DNA from: Bdellovibrionota bacterium
GTDB lineage: Bacteria > Bdellovibrionota_C > UBA2361 > JBGSMV01
Assembly: GCA_044356455.1 (NCBI GenBank)
Contig: JBIKWF010000100.1
Coordinates: 1 to 16,988 of the forward strand
Length of the DNA stretch: 16,988 nucleotides
Reading direction: 5' to 3'
Shown one piece after another: positions 1 to 7,351 of this stretch. Positions within the stretch are counted from its first letter, which is position 1. Every line of letters starts with the position of its first letter. The position numbers and the translations under genes were made by a program. The notes beneath the pieces are model-generated. The model saw only the letters and a list, made by a program, of their open reading frames with translations. It made no database searches and had not been told where the DNA came from.

Positions 1-2
1 CG

Positions 3-419
3 CTCTCTGGCTGGACTGTTTTAGTGCCATTCGAAAGCAGCGTTGCGGTAGCATTGCAGAAGGTACAAGAAAAGCTGCCTTTTCCAATTCATTGTCTTCA
101 TATGCAAGCAACCACCGCTGAAGTCGGTGTGGCCGCGCGCGCTTGGGCATGGGACCGAGAAGAGGCTATCGCCTATTCGTTCTTAGCAGTTGATGCGGTG
201 GATACGTTTCCTCTCGAACTTGCGTCTAAGGACGCTGAGCGGCTAGTAAATTTTGGCATTATCTCTCTGAGTCCTCATGCGCGGCGCAGCACCGCCGCGG
301 CGGTGGTAAGGCACGCACTTGCTGACGTTCCGGTGGACGCGAGGATGGCAGAGGAGCAAAGGCAGCTGTATTCCTCGGCCACGCACGTGCTTGCATTGCT
401 TGGGGGAACCGTAGGCTGA
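3..419 (+). CDS. Hypothetical protein, 5'-truncated by the window edge
   Basis: The frame is open from base 3 through the annotated GTG at 24 to TGA at 417-419. No recognisable motif. Confidence 0.5.
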   Translation, partial: LSGWTVLVPFESSVAVALQKVQEKLPFPIHCLHMQATTAEVGVAARAWAWDREEAIAYSFLAVDAVDTFPLELASKDAERLVNFGIISLSPHARRSTAAAVVRHALADVPVDARMAEEQRQLYSSATHVLALLGGTVG

Positions 420-463
420 TATTCTCCGTTGCATCAACGGCTTGTTGAGCGACGATTGTTGCT

Positions 464-589
464 TACGCGAACTCGGAAAGCCTACCTCCGTACCCTTGTT
501 GGTGAAGTTTTCACCAAAAGATTCACCACAGAGGACACAAAGGTACACAGAGGTGTTTAGGATTCTGAGGTTATTTGTAGATGCCCTTA
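464..589. repeat. Family B palindromic MITE-like repeat, copy 1
   Basis: TA...TA flanked. TGGTGAAGTTTTCACCAAAAGATTCACCACAGAGGACACAAAGGTACACAGAGGT matches the reverse complement of the core of 4256-4391, and both ends align with the ends of that copy. Confidence 0.75.
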
Positions 590-607
590 TGGGTGTGAAA
601 AGCTGAG

Positions 608-637
608 GGGACAGAAAGAGGAGCTCTTTTCTGTCCC
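608..637 (-). terminator. Stem-loop immediately downstream of the pilin-like gene; possible terminator
   Basis: GGGACAGAAAGAG-gag-CTCTTTTCTGTCCC, 2 nt past the stop at 640. The U-tract is weak. Confidence 0.45.
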
Positions 638-639
638 TA

Positions 640-1023
640 TCATTGGCCCGTATACCCGCCTCCTTGGCGAGCAATACGAGGCTTGAGATTCTCAATGCAG
701 CTCCGTGTTCCTCTTTCAATCATTTGTTGTTCGGAAAGGCGGCGACGTGGTGGTACAGGCGTAGCGCCCGTGCGCGCGCTTTCTTCGGTAGCCTCATCAG
801 TGCCACCGCCCTCTTGCCCAGCGAGAGAAAGTGCGGCGGATGCTCTACAATAAGAATGGTTCACCGAGCCAGAGAAGGTCCTTGACCCGGCCATAAGGAA
901 TAGCGAAAGCGCGCAAACGGCGAGCAAGCTCTCGGCGAGGCTTGCACCAGCCTGCCTTGTTTGGGAAGTGCGTCTCGATAATCGTAACCGGTGCCGCATG
1001 GGAACTCTCTCTCGCTTACTCAC
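640..1023 (-). CDS. Flp/TadE-like type IVb prepilin-like protein
   Basis: Basic leader, then RQAG|ASLAE (Gly at -1, Glu at +5), followed by a hydrophobic helix SLLAVCALSLFLMAG. AAAGGTGA precedes the GTG. The canonical Flp Tyr at +6 is absent. An alternative start is ATG at 999. Confidence 0.6.
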   Translation of the reverse strand: MSKRERVPMRHRLRLSRRTSQTRQAGASLAESLLAVCALSLFLMAGSRTFSGSVNHSYCRASAALSLAGQEGGGTDEATEESARTGATPVPPRRRLSEQQMIERGTRSCIENLKPRIARQGGGYTGQ

Positions 1024-1054
1024 TTCACCTTTCGCTCGAAGAAGCTAGGTTGCT

Positions 1055-1081
1055 TCATCGGCGAAAACGCTAGGCGTCTAC
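1055..1081 (-). promoter_or_regulatory. Putative sigma28 (FliA)-type promoter of the pilin-like gene
   Basis: Minus strand GTAGA-N14-GCCGATGA versus consensus TAAAG-N14-GCCGATAA. Good -10, weak -35. Confidence 0.3.
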
Positions 1082-1338
1082 GAAAAATGCTGAGTCTGCA
1101 GGGCTCAAAGATCTGATTTTTGACGCGTTTGGTAACATTTTCTGCTGAGTAAGCCACGTTGGCTTCGAGAGCCCGCCTTTACTAGAGGTGGGCACTCCCT
1201 GTCGCCATAACTCAATGGTGACTGTAGTTCGCGGGTAGAACGTGCGCGGATGCAGCGAGAGAAGATTGTTCGACCTAGGAAGAGTTACAAAGGCCAGGCG
1301 ATAGGCGAGTTTGAACGATTAACTTTGTGGGGGTAAGA

Positions 1339-2058
1339 ATGGACTTCAAATCAGGAGAAGGCTCGAGTTCAAGCCGCAGAGCGGCGCCGCCGCGTGTTAT
1401 TGCGCTGGGTCCCGGCCCCTCTTTCGAGGCGGATGAATCTTACGAGCTAACTGCGAGTCCTCCTTCTCTCTTCGCGCGCCATCCCAACAAGAGGAGCAAG
1501 CGAGCTGCTCTAGACTCAGGTGGTACGACCTCAAGCTCACCGATTGCGCCAGGGTGGACACTCGTGGTGAATTCGCGGCTTCCTCTCATTGCTGAGATTA
1601 AGTTTCAATCAACTGCGACGTTTGAAACGTTAGCCGCTGAGGACATTCCGAACTTTTCGTCAGAACTTTCTCGCGCTCTTCTTGAACATCGTACCCTCGT
1701 GCATCGGTCGACGAGTGTGCAGGCCCTCTCGGTTCTCATAAGCAACTGCGCGAGTATTGCTCCGTCGTGCCGCGGCAAAAATTCTTCTTTGATTATACTG
1801 CAAGCGTGGCGAGACATCATCCAAGGGAAATACGCCCCTGCAAGCTATGTTGAATCCTATACGAACGGCGCGGTGCGCGTGAGCTTTAAGTATTCTCCGC
1901 ACTATCCTTCAAGGATGCAGCGCCTCGTGGGGACTATTGATAGAATTCTGGGGCGCTGTTCTCGCGAGCTTCGTGTCCCTTGCTTTGAGTTGACTATCGA
2001 AAGGTGTCTCACTAATTCTAGATGCACCCAGGATTCCTCAAGGGTCCTTGCTCTTTGA
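1339..2058 (+). CDS. Hypothetical protein; C-terminal half possibly a degenerate GGDEF-like fold
   Basis: Long ORF (GTG 1327 or ATG 1339) with a low-complexity Ser/Pro N-terminus. The hydrophobic pattern from EDIPN to AVRVSF is in register with the GGDEF consensus, but the catalytic residues are missing. Confidence 0.55.
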   Translation: MDFKSGEGSSSSRRAAPPRVIALGPGPSFEADESYELTASPPSLFARHPNKRSKRAALDSGGTTSSSPIAPGWTLVVNSRLPLIAEIKFQSTATFETLAAEDIPNFSSELSRALLEHRTLVHRSTSVQALSVLISNCASIAPSCRGKNSSLIILQAWRDIIQGKYAPASYVESYTNGAVRVSFKYSPHYPSRMQRLVGTIDRILGRCSRELRVPCFELTIERCLTNSRCTQDSSRVLAL

Positions 2059-2065
2059 TAGACGG

Positions 2066-3550
2066 CTATCCGCGGGTGAGGGAAGTTCCGCTTTGAGAAG
2101 ACCGCTGAAACGTTATCGCGCTAAGAACTCCTAGCAGTAGATAGACGAGTATTCGCACCTCGCTATCCCCCCAGTTATACTCTACAAGGCCAGCGATCTG
2201 CCAAGAAAGGCAGGCCGCTCCGATACTTGCCGCGAGCACTGGTTCACTGGCGGGCCCAAAGCGCTGCAAGGCAGTGCGCGCAATATTAATAAGCCACCAC
2301 ACGAAACAGGCGAGAGCGAGCCAGCCACCCTCTACAAGAATATTAATGAAATTGTTGTGAAAATGATTGAGGCTTGCGGGGATGTCGGGTGAAAAACTCT
2401 GCAGGAATCGGCTGTTGCGAAGCCCAACTCCTAAGGGGTAGCGAGTGGCGAGTTCGACCCCGATATCCCACATGACGCTTCTTCCGCCTGTAATATAGAA
2501 ATGCTCGGGAATCTCGGCGATGCGCTGACGCACGGGGGCAAGAGTAAAGTAGGCGGCCAGTACGGCTCCAAGAAGGGGCAAGAGGAGTTTCGGCTTAAAC
2601 CCTAAAAGGAAAATGCTTCCACCGATAAAAACCCCCATCCAGGGCCCGCGTTTTAGATTAATTACCAGTGCTGCAAGCAGAAGTGGAAGTATTCCAAGCA
2701 AGAGCAAGCGGCCGCATTGGCGCGAAATAAGGGCGTGGCCTGAAGCCGCATGCTCTGCGTGGAAGAACGTTTCCTTGATAAGAAGGAACGCGTGCCAAAG
2801 AGCAAATCCAAGGCCAGCGAAGAGAGAACTCCAAAAAATAAGCGAGCCTTTTAAGTGCGCAGGGAATATGGAAGGCGCAATGAGAAGTGTTGCGCAAAGT
2901 GCTGAGGCAGCAAATGTCTGCCAGGTGAGTAGTGCACTACCTTCTCTCGAAGCATTCCGGTCACCCGAAAAAGCCAGGCCTGCCAAAATGATGGTGACGA
3001 GACCGAGCTGACCCGATTCCGTTACCGCGCCAAGAAAAAGGGGCGTAACAGTTTCTGGGAAGGAAGCAGCGAGGACTGAGTGGGTTGCCGCAAGAGCTTG
3101 CCCAAGAAGCAGAGCAATTAAGATTCTCTTGGATCCTGAATCCCGCACGAGCTGCCGCACCACCACTATCGTAAGGGCAAAGAATAGTGTTGCAGGAATG
3201 GCTCGAAGGCTCCTCATCGGATCAACACCGAAGGGCGCGCTGAAGGCATAGGCCGCTATAAAGAAGAGAAACGGAGCGCCCACTTTACCGATTCCCGCAA
3301 GTTCGGCGCCTAAGACTCGGGCATACGCACCAAGCCAAAGCACGATAAGCGGAATAAGGGCGAAGTAGGTAGCGCTAAGGCTTAGAGGAAGCAAGAAAGC
3401 AAAGCCGCATCCAAGGAATGGGCCAAGATGGACGAAGAGGTTCTTGCAGGAGCTCTCAGTTTGTAGCCAGGGGAACGGGGCGTCTGATGTGGGTCGTCCT
3501 GTGCCTTCTTGGAGAAGGGGGGCTGATATCGTTGGTTTCGTTTGGGCCAC
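2066..3550 (-). CDS. O-antigen ligase (WaaL/Wzy_C) family polytopic membrane protein
   Basis: Many TM helices, the KRGPWMG motif, a periplasmic loop with GRSVMW...YPLGVG, and the HFHNNFINILVEGG signature. Confidence 0.88.
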   Translation of the reverse strand: MAQTKPTISAPLLQEGTGRPTSDAPFPWLQTESSCKNLFVHLGPFLGCGFAFLLPLSLSATYFALIPLIVLWLGAYARVLGAELAGIGKVGAPFLFFIAAYAFSAPFGVDPMRSLRAIPATLFFALTIVVVRQLVRDSGSKRILIALLLGQALAATHSVLAASFPETVTPLFLGAVTESGQLGLVTIILAGLAFSGDRNASREGSALLTWQTFAASALCATLLIAPSIFPAHLKGSLIFWSSLFAGLGFALWHAFLLIKETFFHAEHAASGHALISRQCGRLLLLGILPLLLAALVINLKRGPWMGVFIGGSIFLLGFKPKLLLPLLGAVLAAYFTLAPVRQRIAEIPEHFYITGGRSVMWDIGVELATRYPLGVGLRNSRFLQSFSPDIPASLNHFHNNFINILVEGGWLALACFVWWLINIARTALQRFGPASEPVLAASIGAACLSWQIAGLVEYNWGDSEVRILVYLLLGVLSAITFQRSSQSGTSLTRG

Positions 3551-3598
3551 GCTCAGGGTATAGCTGAAGATGCGAGTTCCATCAAAGGAATCAGGGAT

Positions 3599-4258
3599 AT
3601 GAAAGAAAGAAGGATACTTGCCGAGGGAATCTGCCTCGGGGGGGCGCTACTGCTGGCAACCTTGGGACCTGTGGGGCTATGTTCATTCAAGTTGAATCTG
3701 AATGACGCATGGGCTGAATCTTCAATTGAGGAGGTCGTTGTTGAAGAGCCTACTCCTGAAGCGGCTCCAGAGGCAGCGCCTACCATGGACATCTCTCGTC
3801 TCGCCAGTCAGCTTCGCCTTGGCATGACCTATCATGAAATCGTAAAGCTTCTGGGAGCACCCGGTGAGCGCAAGGAAATGGAGGCTAAGCGCTCTGCTGT
3901 CTGGGAATATGGGTCTCATAAGATCTTTTTCCGTGAGGGCAAGGTAGTAGCGTGGACCTCAGTTAACGCCGCTCCGGCGCAAGCGGAGGGGTCTGGTATA
4001 GAAAGCCCGGCAGGTGCAGATAATCAGCACATTCAGGCCTCAGGAACCAAGAAAGACCCCCCAGATGAAGAAACCATTCGTTCGCTTCTTGGCGAGATAA
4101 TGGAGTCCTCCCAGGGCGGCGGTGGGCGAGCGCCCTCTGCAGAAGGCAGTTCTCCCGAACCCGAGCATGCGCCAGAAGCTCGTGTACTTGATCCGGGGAA
4201 ACAGGATCAGGACAGGGCAAGTTTGCCGCCTCTGATTCAGCAGCTTTCTCCCTATTAG
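3599..4258 (+). CDS. Exported/membrane-anchored protein with a SmpA/OmlA (BamE)-like domain and low-complexity flanks
   Basis: ATG 3599 avoids overlap with the divergent gene. Hydrophobic N-terminus ending in AWA. LRLGMTYHEIVKLLGAP...VWEY...IFFREGKV fits the SmpA/BLIP-like pattern. Confidence 0.65.
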   Translation: MKERRILAEGICLGGALLLATLGPVGLCSFKLNLNDAWAESSIEEVVVEEPTPEAAPEAAPTMDISRLASQLRLGMTYHEIVKLLGAPGERKEMEAKRSAVWEYGSHKIFFREGKVVAWTSVNAAPAQAEGSGIESPAGADNQHIQASGTKKDPPDEETIRSLLGEIMESSQGGGGRAPSAEGSSPEPEHAPEARVLDPGKQDQDRASLPPLIQQLSPY

Positions 4259-4391
4259 GGGACCTCTGAAAACTTACCTCTGTGTACCTCCGTGTCCGCT
4301 GTGGTGAATCCTTGATGAAAATTTCACCACAGAGGACGCAGAGGAGAGGTGCACTGAGGTGTAGTCAGAATGGAGGTTTTCTGGTTCCTTA
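4256..4391. repeat. Family B palindromic MITE-like repeat, copy 2
   Basis: Starts at the TA of the TAG stop (4256-4258). Arms CCTCCGTGTCCGCTGTGGTGAA / TTCACCACAGAGGACGCAGAGG. Imperfect terminal IRs TAGGGGACCTCTGAAAAC / GTTTTCTGGTTCCTTA. Confidence 0.8.
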
Positions 4392-4505
4392 GGAGTCTGT
4401 CCCGTAGAAAAATTCTACCACTACATGTTGTGGTGGCAACGGGACAGCCCCCCCTACGGATTGTGTCCAAAATGAGGATTTGTGTTGCTACGGGACACAC
4501 TCCTA
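4390..4505. mobile_element. Family A MITE-like element (about 111 bp), copy 1, inverted relative to copies 2 and 3
   Basis: TA-GGAGTCTGTCCCGTAG ... CTACGGGACACACTCC-TA. About 90% identical by manual alignment to the reverse complement of 9229-9343. Confidence 0.88.
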
Positions 4506-4532
4506 GGTAAGAACGTGAGCCGTTTCGAAGGG

Positions 4533-5387
4533 CTAATCCGAGAAAAAACTTAAATTTGCGAGCTTGCCATCAACCTCTTGATCGACTGCCTGAGCGGAGA
4601 TGTTACGGGAGGATACTTCTTCTAGCTTGGGCTTCTCTTTTGCTGGCTCGGGCGCGGGAAATGTTTGAAGAGGGCGAGTCGGCTCTGCTTGGGATTCGAG
4701 GGCTGTTTCGCCTGCTTCTTGGGCCGTGCACGCAACTCTTCCAAGGAAGTATTGTACGCCTTCGAGTATCGTTTGCGGCAGGCCCTCTAGATCGCTTCCG
4801 CTGCTCACGTCCAGCCGCGCAAGAACTTCTCGATAGTTGAGAGCAAGGAAAACCATGCCGTGGCCTGAGCGCTCAAGAGCCCCGCTACTTAAATGTTCTT
4901 TCACGACTCCCCGAAAGCCGGGGATAAAGTCGGCGAGAGAATCAATCAGTCGCAGCTCGATACGGGGCCAGCCCTCCCAGTCTGAAACCTCAAGCTGTAG
5001 TGCGTAGCGATTTCCTAGGTCTATTCTGAGGACTTCGGAAAGCGCAGCGCGGGTATCCGCGAGCGCTTCAAGGATGAGACGCTGGTGGGAATAGCGTGCT
5101 CGTTGACTGTTTGCGAGGATGCTTCCAGCGGAACAACGTCTTCGCGCCGAGCTTTCTAGGCGAGTTTGAGCCGCGCGAGAGACGCGGGCAACTGCGACTC
5201 CAAGGGAAGGGGAGGCGAGAGACGAGGGGGCGTGCGAGCCAGAGACCTGTCTTGAAATCCGCTCCTCCCCCTGAAGCGTGTGCTCAATGTGCTTAGCCTG
5301 CGTCAGCATTCTAGTGAAAGGGTCGTCCCAGAAATTGGTGGGCTTAACAAATGGAGGCAAAATCTGAGGAGCTTCCCTAGCCGTCAT
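4533..5387 (-). CDS. Hypothetical protein (start uncertain)
   Basis: 284-codon ORF with no recognised motif. The first ATG lies inside the end of repeat family C, so the true start may be internal (e.g. MLTQAK). Confidence 0.55.
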   Translation of the reverse strand: MTAREAPQILPPFVKPTNFWDDPFTRMLTQAKHIEHTLQGEERISRQVSGSHAPSSLASPSLGVAVARVSRAAQTRLESSARRRCSAGSILANSQRARYSHQRLILEALADTRAALSEVLRIDLGNRYALQLEVSDWEGWPRIELRLIDSLADFIPGFRGVVKEHLSSGALERSGHGMVFLALNYREVLARLDVSSGSDLEGLPQTILEGVQYFLGRVACTAQEAGETALESQAEPTRPLQTFPAPEPAKEKPKLEEVSSRNISAQAVDQEVDGKLANLSFFSD

Positions 5388-5603
5388 GTCTCACGGGATC
5401 CCTGACGGGTCCGTGAGACTGCGTTGGAAATCCTCCATCCAGGCGGATTTCCAACATCGCGCACCTGCGAGCGCCGCCTACACAGCGTCGCCCTCCGGTG
5501 CGCTCCAAATCGCTCCCTTCGGTCGCGATTTGCTAACGCCATCCGGGCGTTAGCTAGCCTGGTCTGCTCACGGCCCGGAAGGGCCGTGAGCAGACCAGGC
5601 TAG
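5377..5603. repeat. Family C multi-hairpin element with CTAG ends
   Basis: Six consecutive stems, including a perfect 23-bp stem (5554-5603). Ends CTAGCCgtcatgtCTCACGG / CCGTGAGcagaccaGGCTAG. A partial homologue lies at 8190-8281. Confidence 0.75.
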
Positions 5604-5664
5604 GAAAAGCGCTTAGAAGTCAGATTTGATTGGCTGCTCCTTAGCGCCTCGAAGATAGATACGA

Positions 5665-5723
5665 GAGGGGCGCGGAATGCGCGAGGATGCCGATTGCATT
5701 CCCTCGCACACGCCGCGCCCCTC
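5665..5723. other. Long GC-rich stem-loop downstream of the 5754-6869 gene
   Basis: GAGGGGCGCGG / CCGCGCCCCTC outer stem, GCGAGG / CCTCGC and ATGC / GCAT inner stems. No U-tract. Confidence 0.55.
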
Positions 5724-5753
5724 GCGCAAAGAACTAGGACTTTGATCTTAGGT

Positions 5754-6869
5754 TTAGTTCTCCGGGTTGATGGGAGTAAAAGGCTGATCTGAGTCGTCTC
5801 CTGTTTCCTCCTGAGCTTCGGCCTGCATTTGATCGAACTCAGCGAGAGTTTCGCGCGCAAAGTTCTGCACCGCTGGGTTTTTGGATTTCTCCGCGATCTC
5901 GCGCAGGTACTGTACCGTTTCGTCATCAAACGTGACGTGATCTTTCGCGGTCTTTAGCATTTCCGTATCAAAATCTGCGTTGATGTTCGTTGCCATGCTA
6001 TCGACCACAATCTTAAGACCATCGATGCCTGAGTTGAGAAGAGCCTTTGCAGCCAAATGTGAATATTGGTCACGCTTGGTCACGAGCTCCTGAAGATAGG
6101 GATATGCTTCTGGTTCTGGTACAACTTCTCCAAGCCCAATCCCTACGGAATAATAACCATCCGCATCGCCGCGTTTCGCAGTGTGGTCGTGGAGCATTTC
6201 CACGGCGAGGCGCGAGCCTTGATTCGTAATTGCAGCTACCGATGACTCCCGGAGCTGGTCACTACCCTGGTCGAGTTGCTCTCCCAGGTATTTAACTACT
6301 TCGTCTTTGCCTACCGTAAGTTCAAGTGCCTCGGCGTAAAGGTCTGTGTCGTCTTTATTGGTAGAGTTTTTGATGAGCTCGACGAGAGACTTCACATTCT
6401 CTACACGTCCGCTAATAGCAAGCACTTCTGCATAGAAGCTCTTTTGCTCGGGCTTGGTGTCGGGCGCGGTGAGGAGGTCCTTTACGTTCTTGTAGAAATC
6501 CTCGCACCAGCCGCAGTTTGCGGGGAGATTCGTGAACTGGTCGAGGACGAGGTCGTCATAGTCAACGGCACCATCTTTAATAGCTTTGAGCGCCTCTTCT
6601 GCGGTCTTGTATCTCTCCACCGCATTACGTTCGTCGTAACTCTCAGTTCCTTCACCGTCGTCATCGCGTCCTAGGTTATTCACGGCGCCGGACTGTGCAT
6701 CTGCGGGGCCTGCCCCTTGAGAATCAGGGTTGTTGGCACCTCCGCTTTTTGGGGAGGTGCTGACCGAGGCGACGGTAGACCCCGAGGAGGAAGGATCCTT
6801 GGAGGAGAGGGCAAACCACAATCCTGCGGCAACTACCACGAGTAAAATAACGGGAAGAAGCTTTTTCAT
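5754..6869 (-). CDS. Membrane-anchored acidic alpha-helical (HEAT/ARM-like) extracytoplasmic protein with a CxxC motif
   Basis: MKK plus a hydrophobic anchor, a Ser/Gly linker, CGWC, and repeated helical segments (LRESSVAAI, HLAAKALLN, VQNFARETL). Confidence 0.75.
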   Translation of the reverse strand: MKKLLPVILLVVVAAGLWFALSSKDPSSSGSTVASVSTSPKSGGANNPDSQGAGPADAQSGAVNNLGRDDDGEGTESYDERNAVERYKTAEEALKAIKDGAVDYDDLVLDQFTNLPANCGWCEDFYKNVKDLLTAPDTKPEQKSFYAEVLAISGRVENVKSLVELIKNSTNKDDTDLYAEALELTVGKDEVVKYLGEQLDQGSDQLRESSVAAITNQGSRLAVEMLHDHTAKRGDADGYYSVGIGLGEVVPEPEAYPYLQELVTKRDQYSHLAAKALLNSGIDGLKIVVDSMATNINADFDTEMLKTAKDHVTFDDETVQYLREIAEKSKNPAVQNFARETLAEFDQMQAEAQEETGDDSDQPFTPINPEN

Positions 6870-6960
6870 AGGCTCATCGGAACAAATAGACCTTAAGGTT
6901 TTAAATGATCTCGGCTATTTGCGAAAGGTTTTCGACTTAAAGGATTTCGCCCCTAACTAT

Positions 6961-6987
6961 TAAGGTTTTCGGCTAACCCCCCGATTT
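6961..6987 (+). promoter_or_regulatory. Putative sigma28 (FliA)-type promoter of the Hpt-receiver operon
   Basis: TAAGGTTT-N11-CCCGATTT versus consensus TAAAGTTT-N11-GCCGATAA, with exact spacing. Confidence 0.45.
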
Positions 6988-7000
6988 TACATCCTTGAGG

Positions 7001-7351
7001 ATGGCTAAAACGCCTATGAGCCAGCAACCGAGTTCTAAAGTGTATGAACTGTTCAAAGTGGAGCTCGCGCGCCACCTGGCCGAAGCTCATTCTCAGCTCT
7101 TAGAGAAGAATCAGGTGCCAAGCTCGGAATGTGTGACCCAGCTTGGCCGGAGCTTTCATACAATTAAGGGAGGCGCAGGGTTCCTCGGTTTTGAGGAAGT
7201 TGCCTCTCGGGCGGGTCAGCTCGACCAGCTCCTAAGGAAATCCGGTCAGAGCATTGAAGAAAATCTAGAACAGGTTCGTTCACTGTTAGGGGAGCTTGAG
7301 GCCGTCGCTCAATCGTTACCCCTTCGACCCAAGGATACCTCGAGTGCCTGA
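7001..7351 (+). CDS. Stand-alone Hpt (histidine phosphotransfer) domain protein, CheA-P1-like
   Basis: RSFHTIKGGAGFLGF signature. The start could be ATG 7001 or ATG 7016. Confidence 0.9.
   Translation: MAKTPMSQQPSSKVYELFKVELARHLAEAHSQLLEKNQVPSSECVTQLGRSFHTIKGGAGFLGFEEVASRAGQLDQLLRKSGQSIEENLEQVRSLLGELEAVAQSLPLRPKDTSSA

Noticed and set aside
608..637. Hairpin containing GGGACAG/CTGTCCC as a fourth family A copy
   Set aside because: Only the 7-mer is shared, it is in the opposite (outward) arrangement, and there is no flanking similarity.
243..719. 158-aa minus-strand ORF
   Set aside because: It runs through the family B repeat and overlaps two better genes. It has no motif and is probably a chance ORF.
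4256..5603. Repeats as a CRISPR array
   Set aside because: There is no regular repeat-spacer periodicity, the repeats are dispersed and inverted, and no cas genes are present.
5554..5603. 23-bp perfect hairpin as a Rho-independent terminator
   Set aside because: There is no U-tract on either strand, and the arms resemble the left end of the family C element.
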